Assembly: GCA_965112155.1 (NCBI GenBank)
Contig: OZ218102.1
Length of the DNA: 64,000 bases
Direction: 5' to 3' (one strand)
From: Podarcis liolepis
Taxonomy: Eukaryota
Of this stretch, positions 1 through 9,175 are shown one piece after another. A program made the translations under genes and the position numbers. The notes beneath the pieces are model-generated. The model was given only the letters and a program-made list of their open reading frames with translations. It was not told the origin of the DNA and made no database searches. How positions within the stretch are numbered: position 1 is the stretch's first letter; each line of letters begins with the position of its first letter.

Positions 1-1419
1 CTTTGATATCACATAATCTATATTATTTAACAAAAATCACATCTTTTATCAAATCACATCCCTTATTTGCTTCAGTTTGTAGCTCTTAAGCTGAGAGAAT
101 GCGTCACAATTTGGTCCCACTAATCAGTTGCAAATACCAAAAAAGGGTTAAATTTGAGGGGGGGGCTTAAACTTGACACCCTGGAGCCAAATGGCCTTCC
201 CAGTCCTTCCTCTGATTGGCCCTGCTTGGAACAAGTCATGAGAGCCATTTTAAACGTCATCATTTAGGTCTGGTGACAAATCAATAATGTGAGGCACAGT
301 GTGTTGAAAAGCCTTGACAAATTGCCATCACAGCTCAGCAGCATCTGCCAAGTAATGCTGTGCTACAGTAATGGTACGGCTGTTGATGTGGCAAATTTCA
401 CTACGCTTAGGGATAGTTGTGAAGCCTGCCTGAGGAAGCTTGCAGGTCAGGCTGTTGACTCATTTAGCTTCCACTGAAGTTTTTTGGGATATTGTGCTTA
501 GGCAGGAATAACTGGATCTGGGCTCCACTGTGGGAGAACATTAGTGGTCACTCTGATTATGACATCCAGGAAGAGCCAGGGGGTAAAAATGGGAGGTTTT
601 GTGAAGTATGCTGACCTGTATCTTTGATCTGCACTTGGATATGGCTTCCATGTGCATTGATCTGCCAGCACTTCTATAAGCCTTCTATTAACCTCCCAGC
701 CTTAGCTACGTCCTAGTAGGCAAACTGTTTCTTTTGAGCAACGGCAAGGAGGAGCCTGCCCAGATGGCATAGCTGGAAAGCCTTCTCAGCATGAGGGCCA
801 GGTACTGATTGTCCTGGAACTTCACAAATCATTAGAGGATCCCCACTGCTGCCTTTCTCAAATCCCTAGCATATGTAGATATTCAGAGATGACACAATTA
901 ATTAACATATATTATTGACAGCTGGATCTGAGCCTCTCTGTTGCCAAAGGGGACGTGTGTGGTTGTTCAGCTGAAGAGCTGAGAGGGCAACTCACAAACA
1001 AACCTTTATTCTACTCTGTTCCTTCTCTGAATCAAACGCTGCACTGGCTTCATCACATATAAAGCTATTTTAAATCAACACTCATGGCAATTTGATTGCT
1101 GTGTGATACTGTCCTCAGTGCTTCATCCTAGAACAGTGCCTGGCAACTATTTCGGTTGTCGGGCCATATCTGTCACCTATATGAGATCAAGTCTCAGCAG
1201 GATTTCTCCCTCTTTCACTTTCTCTACACTCTTTTATTGATTTGAAAGTGTATAATTCACTCTTTCATAAAATATACTGAGGTGGCTTACAAAATATAAA
1301 ATACAATAAAACACACACACATCTTTAAAACATAATACGCATCAGTAGAACATCAGTAAATACTTACTGGTTTAAAGAAAAATTAATATTGTGAAAGCCT
1401 ATCTAATTTTTTTTAATTT

Positions 1420-1835
1420 TTTTATTGATACTGCCCGAAACCTGGGGGTCTCAGGGCTGTTCACAGAATAAAATCAAGATATAAAACCACAAATGCATAA
1501 TAAAAGTAAAAATAACAACCCAATAGCTTCCCCTCCCCCCAAAAAACAAACATTTTAAATGGGCGTAAGATATAAATCAGATCAATCAAATGCCTTGTTG
1601 ACAAGGAATGTTTTGGCCTGGCACCTAAAGGTGTATAATGAAAGTGCCAGGCGAACTTCCCTGGGGAGAGCATTCCACAGACAGGGAGCCACTGTAGAGA
1701 AGGCCCATTCTCGTGTTGCCACCCTCCAGACCTCTCAAGGAGGAGGCACACGAAGGAGGGCCTCAGAAGATGGTCTCAGGGTAGGTTCATGTGGAAAGAG
1801 GCAGCCCTTGGGGTATTGCGGTTGTAAGCCGTTTA
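1420..1835 (-). mobile_element. L2-clade LINE 3' fragment, apparently inserted into an older L2-like remnant (~1230-2140)
   Basis: Recalled squamate L2 3'-end motifs on the minus strand (GGGAGAGCATTCCACAGACAGGGAGCCAC..AGAAGGCCC, AGGAGGGCCTC) next to a TTTATT tail. A degenerate second copy of the motif (GGCAGGGAGTTCCACAG) lies at ~1900. Boundaries are approximate. Confidence 0.6.
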
Positions 1836-3739
1836 AACAGTGCAGTTTTCAAAAGATGTCTGAAAGAAGGCAAGGACTATTCCTCCCAAAGCTCTGCAGG
1901 CAGGGAGTTCCACAGGGCAGGCCTGCCACACTAAAGGTTCACCCCGAGTGAAGGTCAACTGAACCTCGGGGTGCAGAAAACCAGCAGAAGCATCATATAA
2001 GAGAATCTTAGTGAACCAGGTGGAGTGCAAGGGCTCAAGTTATTTACGTACTTTGGCCTCAAGTTATTTAGGGCTTTGTGAATTAACCTGGAAGCTAGCC
2101 TGGTAGAAAACTGGCAAATTGATTTCAAGGAAGGAAGCTGTGTGAACTCATATGAGTTTTCAGCTCACAAAGAAAGAACACTGTTGTTGTTTCAGCAAAA
2201 TGAACTGGGTATTATTCTCTCACAGACACAGGCTGCACTCATCTGTGAGGTTTATTATGTTAGTTTTCTTTGTTGCAATGCTAGTACTTCCGTCTTGATT
2301 TCTAACACTCATCTGACGCTGCAGTATCCGCTGCATTTTGGTTTTTTGGTGGACATGCCACCATGTTGCAGCACATTTTAGACGTCAAGAAAGAACTCTT
2401 ATGTTGGGACACTGGCCCAAATTTCATCATGTGAACAGAGGACTCAAGGTGAGATGACTGCCTGAGGCAGTAGGATTCACAGGGGCAGGAGATCCCAATG
2501 CAAATCTTTATTTCCCCCCTTGTTCCTGATGTAGATCTTCACTCCCCCCCCTTCTTCCCTGTCAATATGGCATTTTGTCATTCGCCTCAGGTGCCAAAAT
2601 GTCTTGATCCAGCCTGGGAGGTGGCATGATAATGAAAGCACCATTAAAAGTGTTACAGACAGATTTTTCCTGGCAACAGCTAACATGGAAATGAGAACTA
2701 AACATCTGCTAGATCCCACTAGATTTCCAGAAGTAGCTTTCACATCATGTGAAAGCTGGAATAAGATGTGAAATTAACAGATGTGGAAATGTGGGGAAGA
2801 CAGAATAAAGTGCTGACTGGATGCAGGCATGCAGCCACAAAGGCAGAGGGAAACTCCCCTGCCAGATGGATGGGACCAACATCTCTGGCATAACTGCGTG
2901 GTCTACTAAGAGCTTACAACATTGCAAAATGTGGCCTTGTCCTTGATTGTGTTGATGCTGAAGAGTCTAAGCATGCCCACTCCTTAGTTCAAAATTTGAT
3001 TAAAGGTTTTCTCATCATCATTACTCTCCTTGATGCTGGTAGCAGGTACAAATGATTCTGCTGCTAACATTGATGCATTGAGGAGGCAAAACGAGAAAAT
3101 GCAAGGTAGCCGTGCTGGTATCAGGCAATGGCTATAATTGAAATTGCCGAGGAATGATGATGAAAGGACATAAAATATCTGCATTATGCCAAATAAATTC
3201 ATTGTGATTAGTTTTATTACAATGAATAGCAAATGAATTAAAGATGGAGACACCTGAAGCACAGAAAAGTGCTGCCTAGCTCAAAAGCCCCCCTTCTGAA
3301 GGGTCCGTCTAATGGAAAAGCCATGTATAGATTAAAAAGCTGTGCAATTATATGCTATAATTACACCCAGTCTAAGGAAAGAATCTGATTAACCATCTTT
3401 TGACAAAGTCAGCTTTGAAAAGGAGACATAGTGAAACCCTTTTTTTTTATTTCAGTACACTTTTGTAATTGAAGTGCTCTTTTGAATATTATTCATAATT
3501 TTGCATCATAATGCCTTGTGGGAGGTTGTGTGCAGTAGAGATCAGTGATGTGGCATTACCTGTATCACTGTGGCTTACCAAGAGCTTCAATGCCACCTTG
3601 TCTCTACTCCTTCTCTTCCTTGTGATGCCAGTAACAGGAGGTCAGGTAAGCTCTGATTCACCTTAATTGCATGTACCTAAATTTATGGTGTGCAATTGAA
3701 CCCCTCCTGCAAAATAGTGACAGCCTGGAGGTGACCTAG

Positions 3740-4145
3740 CGATTAATGAATCTGTTAGTTTCAATTTTTATTTCTTGGGGGGGTTTGGGGGGTTTACTAT
3801 TAAATTCAGTTTTCCACATTTGTCAGTGTTTTCAGTGTGAATTTTCCCCAATTAAACAGTGTGTGGGTGCGCACGCGCACTCGAGCGCAGTTTTAACTAA
3901 TATGCACATTTCTGCAAGCAATTTCCCCCGTCACAAGGCATACTGGTACATTATTTTCACTAATACACATATTTTTATGCACCCTGGCCCTTAATGTACA
4001 AATTGTTTAGTTGGAAACCCGCAGCACAAAATTCAGATCAGTGTGAATTTCAAAGGCGTTTCATTTTCTGCATTGGTTTGGCAAGTGCAAATCAGGAAGT
4101 TTCTCGTTAAAATGTGATCAAAAATGGATTTCTCTGCATCTCCAC
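3740..4145 (-). mobile_element. Degenerate copy of an AT-rich non-autonomous TIR element (AGGGATG...CATCCCT family)
   Basis: Aligns by eye with 16363-16794 (TTTCCACAT, TTTTCACTAATA, CAAAATTCAGA..GTGTGAATTTC). Confidence 0.5.
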
Positions 4146-4159
4146 CCAAGACTCACAAA

Positions 4160-4316
4160 GTGATGCTGTATGCCGACTCAGAAGCATGGAGCTTACTCCC
4201 AAGTAAGCAGGGACTGCAGCCACACAAGGTAGTCTGATTCATGTCTACACAGAGGTTCGTCCCAATGTGGTCAGCGAACCTTACTCCCAAGAAAGTGTGC
4301 ATAGGATTGCAGTCTT
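4160..4316. repeat. Two tandem degenerate copies of a short palindromic MITE (..CTTACTCCCAAGTAAG..ATAGGATTGCAGCC family)
   Basis: The same ~85-bp motif recurs at ~18920-19010, 23910-24006, 31080-31170, 33478-33560, 35750-35830, 37430-37515 and 60865-60910. Confidence 0.55.
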
Positions 4317-4853
4317 AGGCAAGTTAAGGGAATGCAGATCAATGGCTCTGGGGTGCTAGCCACCTTTTTAAGAATAAGATGCTCTGTGTTCACAGGCGGC
4401 TTGAAGAAGCTCACCAAGGTTCAAATGTTTGAGCAGGAAGGGCAGCAAAGAGGCTGCTGACTCATCCCAGGTAACACAAGAAGCAAGTTGTATTGGTTGT
4501 AGCCTTCATTTCCTGGCTCATAATAATAAATCTGGCATGTCAGTTTCAGGGAAATGCACAGTTGACAACCTTGCCTGCAGCGCCAACTGCTCTGTAAAAC
4601 ACAGAGAAGGTCACAGTTGGTGACTTCCTGATTTCAGGTCATGGTTCTGTGGAGAACCTCCCTCCAGCAGTAGATGTGTTTCACACCTAGCTGCTCCTTT
4701 TGCCAACCTGTCATATTTAATTAAAATGGGGCGACAGCTCTAAGATTCTTTGTAGTGGGCAAAGCGAACCTCCTTTAAAGCCTGCACTTCACTGGGGTGT
4801 CCGTGATTATTACGTTCCCATACAAATGTAATGGCTCCTCTTGAGTTTCTGCC

Positions 4854-5014
4854 NNNNNNNNNNNNNNNNNNNNNNNNNNNNNNNNNNNNNNNNNNNNNNN
4901 NNNNNNNNNNNNNNNNNNNNNNNNNNNNNNNNNNNNNNNNNNNNNNNNNNNNNNNNNNNNNNNNNNNNNNNNNNNNNNNNNNNNNNNNNNNNNNNNNNNN
5001 NNNNNNNNNNNNNN
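4854..5014. other. Assembly gap (161 N)
   Basis: Run of N. Confidence 1.
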
Positions 5015-5218
5015 GGAGGCTCTCCTTAGACTCCATCAGCCCTCTTAGACTCCATCAGCCCCTGTCAACATGGCCAATGTTTAGGGATTATGGGAGTTGC
5101 AGTCCAACAACATTTGCAACCATCAGCCAGCTTAATTATCTTGGGCTTCCCTCCCTCCAGCCTCTCCACCCCACATGTGGATCCACTCAAAATATTGGAA
5201 AATCAAGGGCCTTTCCAG

Positions 5219-5527
5219 CAGCGGTGTAGCAAGGTCAGGTGGTACTCGGTGTGGAAAAAAATCTTGTCACCCCCCCACCCTTGAAATTTATTTATTTATT
5301 GCCTGCAAAAATGGTTTGACTTTCCTGCTTGCTTGCTTGCTTTTTGTGGAGTCAAAGGTGTCGAGCTCTTTGGGGGGAGCTGAGCGGGTGGACCGTTTCG
5401 GTAGCGGGAACCCTGTGCATGCCAAAATCACAGCATCTCTCACTGACGTTGACTGACGTGCAGCATTTTGTAAACCCCTTCGGAGGTGACACCCAGGACG
5501 GACCACATCCACCTTGCAACACCTCTG
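5219..5527. mobile_element. hAT-type MITE, 309 bp
   Basis: TIRs CAGCGGTGTAGCAAGG / CCTTGCAACACCTCTG; 8-bp TSD CTTTCCAG / CTTTTCAG. Confidence 0.8.
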
Positions 5528-5989
5528 CTTTTCAGTGGCACTGTCCAGAACAGAGAATACGTGATGTTCACAGATATTTGCAGCTTCTCTAGTACTCTGA
5601 AAGAGCTGATCCAGTTCTTTGATATCATATCTCTCCCTACCATGAACATCTATTCAAAGGAGATTTTTTTAAAAAAATGCTTAGCATAGGTAAGGAACTT
5701 CCCATTTCACAGAAGGGTATATAGCTAAGCATCTTTGGGGGGCACTAATTGGCCGTTTTTCAAATTGGTAAGGGCCTCTGATTATTACTCCTAATGCATC
5801 TCCATGACCACTAACAACGTTAATTGCCAGATGTGACTACTGGCAATGAATGTTTGAAAATCTAATGTCCCCCTCCTCTCTTGTTCACCATTGTAGCTTT
5901 TCAAAAATTAAAGTTGCCTCAAATTCTAAGGGAATACTCTGCCTTGAGCTCCTTAGGGGTCTTGACTTTATGCCCAGATTTTCTTTTCG

Positions 5990-5995
5990 ATAATG

Positions 5996-6040
<45 letters not shown>

Positions 6041-6085
6041 TACCCAGCCACTCTGGGCAGTTTCCAACAAAACACTAAAATACAC
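5990..6085 (-). repeat. (AAT)n microsatellite with an adjacent short L2-like 3' end
   Basis: (AAT)n followed by CCCAGCCACTCTGGGCAG.TTCCAACA; the same motif occurs at ~34415-34445. Confidence 0.55.
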
Positions 6086-6698
6086 TAACCTATCTGGAAT
6101 GTGCTGTTTAACAACTGGTACAGCATATTGGCCCTAAGTGGAAACAGGAAACTCAATGATTTCAACTTCACAACCGCCATGAAATTGCACGATAGCCTTC
6201 AAGGAGCAATGTCCGAAGTCAAGGTAGATCAGATAGGTCAGAAATATCAGGGGAGCAATGCTGGTGTTGGGAGCAGAGATGGGAGAGAAATTCAGTTCAG
6301 TTTGCATTTAAAGGTGAACCTCCCAAATTGGCCATTTCCAAAACAAATAGACAGCTACCCTTTGAAAGTCACACTTCTCCAAATTTTGCAGGACAGTTCT
6401 CCAGGCAAAAAACACATACAAAAATGTGTGCACTAGGATAAGGAGTGTCTAAAAATGTATCTATTGGTGAAAAAACAAAACAAAAATAGTATTACAGAAA
6501 AATGTGTTCAAGAAATGTGTATGTTGGGCAACATCACATAAAACACAGTGGGCTCTTCCAGACTTACTTTTGCACTGCATTCTCAGGCAAAGGTCCCCAC
6601 TTTTTTATGATATTCAGTTTTATACATTTCAATAATTTTACAATCATTTTAACATCTCAAAATTCCTACTTCCTTCCCCCTCTTTCTGCAGTTCCTTA

Positions 6699-6769
<71 letters not shown>
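6699..6769. repeat. (AT)n tract at the left junction of the Penelope complex
   Basis: Direct; one AA interruption at 6707-6708. Confidence 0.95.
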
Positions 6770-6772
<3 letters not shown>

Positions 6773-7714
6773 TTCGTAGATTTTCACGGGTACAGGAATG
6801 CAGGTTTTGGTGTCCTCGGGTGTCTTCCCGTGTAAAAGTTGGGGTGTCTAGGCGACGTTTCGACGAGGTCTCACTCGTCATCTTCAGGCTGGTGCTTTCG
6901 GCTTCTTGTTACTGGAACAGAGCGGGATCTCAGTGTTTGAGTTCCTATAAATACTGTAGAGGGGTGTGGTGTATTGCCTCAAAAGTTCTGGGCAGAGGGG
7001 AAGTTCCCAGGCTAGTGTTCTTTTCTTCTTTTGTTCCTTAATTACTTGAGGGATATCTTGAGTGATTTCTTGAGTGATATTCTGAGTACCACTTAGGTGG
7101 GTCATTAGGTGTGGATTAGTTGCTAAAGCCTTCGTGTCTTGACCTCTTGAATTTGTGAAGAGTTTTTCTGGGAAGATGGCTGTACTGCACTTAGTTGTGC
7201 TCTGGCTTGGCTTCGTGTATAGGGGCGAGCTGTGGTTTTGTGCCCTGTGCCAGCCAGATCTGTGTAGGGATTGCAGGGGGGTGCAGCATCCGGAGGTGCC
7301 ACTATGGTTTGGTTACTGGATGGTGTCTGTAATTTATCTGTGGAGAGGGTCTGGGTTTGGGTCTGGTGTGGTTGATTGGTGGTGGCGTTCTGTGTGCCTC
7401 TGGATCTGGTGTCGGTTTTTGTGGGGAGGGCTAATTTCCAGATGTCTGGCAGGCGGGACGTGTCGTCACGCTTGTTCATGTTGTGAGGGTGTTTCTCTAT
7501 CTCGATGGCTTCCATGATTATTCTCTTGTGGTGATGTTCCATGTTAAAGAGCAATTTGGAATCTGCAAAATTAATTTCGTGTCCTGTTTCTTTCATGTGT
7601 TGGAAAAGAGAGGAAGATTTTTCTTCTTTTTTGACGGCATTCTTGTGTTCTGCGATACGTGCATTTATTCGTCTGTTTGTTTGTCCAATGTACGTGGCTG
7701 GGCAGACTTTGCAG
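6770..7714 (-). mobile_element. Penelope-like (Poseidon-type) arm A: 3' fragment, subvariant 1, with 30-nt tail (6770-6799)
   Basis: Near-exact reverse complement of ~8148-9062 plus the tail ATTCCTGTACCCGTGAAAATCTACGAAAAC. Encodes the GIY-YIG region from the YIG motif onward (ORF 7123-7596). Confidence 0.93.
6852..6890 (-). ncRNA. Minimal type I hammerhead ribozyme-like motif (arm A)
   Basis: Reverse complement reads CUGAAGA-U-GACGAG(UGAGAC)CUCGUC-GAAA-CG-UC. Confidence 0.75.
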
Positions 7715-7715
7715 A

Positions 7716-9062
7716 CTCCCTAGGACACACTATCTACCGGAAAAAAACACACACCAACCGCTACTTACATGCTCAATCACACCACCACCCTGCACAAATA
7801 AACTCCGTAGCCAAGACCCTCATCTCCAGAACCAAACGCCTGGCTGACAAAGACCACTTGACAACTGAGTTACAGAATCTCTCAAATGTGTTAATCGCCA
7901 ATGGATACCAGCAAAACAGGGTTACGAAGCTAATCCAAAAAGAAACACCCCCCAAAAACCAAGACACAGAAGAAAACAATGGCATGGCCCTCCTTCCTTA
8001 TATCAAGGGCACTACAGATAAAATTAGCAAAATCCTCCATAAACACAATATCAAAACAGCCTTTTGCACCAACCAAAAAATAGCCAATATCCTCAGAAAC
8101 CCCAAAGATAAAATCCAGTTGGAAAACCAAGGGATCTATGAAATACCCTGCAAAGTCTGCCCAGCCACGTACATTGGACAAACAAACAGACGAATAAATG
8201 CACGTATCGCAGAACACAAGAATGCCGTCAAAAAAGAAGAAAAAACTTCCTCTCTTTTCCAACACATGAAAGAAACAGGACACGAAATTAATTTTGCAGA
8301 TTCCAAATTGCTCTTTAACATGGAACATCACCACAAGAGAATAATCATGGAAGCCATCGAGATAGAGAAACACCCTCACAACATGAACAAGCGTGACGAC
8401 ACGTCCCGCCTGCCAGACATCTGGAAATTAGCCCTCCCCACAAAAACCGACACCAGATCCAGAGGCACACAGAACGCCACCACCAATCAACCACACCAGA
8501 CCCAAACCCAGACCCTCTCCACAGATAAATTACAGACACCATCCAGTAACCAAACCATAGTGGCACCTCCGGATGCTGCACCCCCCTGCAATCCCTACAC
8601 AGATCTGGCTGGCACAGGGCACAAAACCACAGCTCGCCCCTATACACGAAGCCAAGCCAGAGCACAACTAAGTGCAGTACAGCCATCTTCCCAGAAAAAC
8701 TCTTCACAAATTCAAGAGGTCAAGACACGAAGGCTTTAGCAACTAATCCACACCTAATGACCCACCTAAGTGGTACTCAGAATATCACTCAAGAAATCAC
8801 TCAAGATATCCCTCAAGTAATTAAGGAACAAAAGAAGAAAAGAACACTAGCCTGGGAACTTCCCCTCTGCCCAGAACTTTTGAGGCAATACACCACACCC
8901 CTCTACAGTATTTATAGGAACTCAAACACTGAGATCCCGCTCTGTTCCAGTAACAAGAAGCCGAAAGCACCAGCCTGAAGATGACGAGTGAGACCTCGTC
9001 GAAACGTCGCCTAGACACCCCAACTTTTACACGGGAAGACACCCGAGGACACCAAAACCTGC
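7716..9062 (+). mobile_element. Penelope-like arm B: 5'-truncated, subvariant 1, no tail; encodes RT thumb + GIY-YIG endonuclease (stop at 8739)
   Basis: YRKKTHTNRYL..SHHHP, LPYIKG..KISKIL, GIYEIPCKVCPATYIGQT, RIAEH and EAIEI..NMNKRD motifs. Ends at ...CAAAACCTGC. Confidence 0.93.
8972..9010 (+). ncRNA. Minimal type I hammerhead ribozyme-like motif (arm B)
   Basis: CTGAAGA core, 6-bp stem II GACGAG/CTCGTC, GAAA, palindromic ACGT stem III, predicted cleavage after C9008. Stem I has only ~2 bp. Confidence 0.75.
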
Positions 9063-9084
9063 ATATATATATATATATATATAT
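9063..9084. repeat. (AT)11 spacer between the 3' ends of the two Penelope insertions
   Basis: CCTGC(AT)11GCAGG, direct. Confidence 0.97.
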
Positions 9085-9136
9085 GCAGGTTTTGGTGTCT
9101 TCGGGTGTCTTCCCGTGTAAGAGTTGGGGTGTCTAG

Positions 9137-9175
9137 GCGACGTTTCGACGAGGTCTCACTCGTCATCTTCAGGCT
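9137..9175 (-). ncRNA. Minimal type I hammerhead ribozyme-like motif (arm C)
   Basis: Identical motif on the minus strand. Confidence 0.75.

Noticed and set aside
4740-5229. ORFs spanning the N run, and the 18-bp tandem duplication CTTAGACTCCATCAGCCC next to it
   Set aside because: The ORFs are gap artefacts; the duplication may be a contig-edge artefact.
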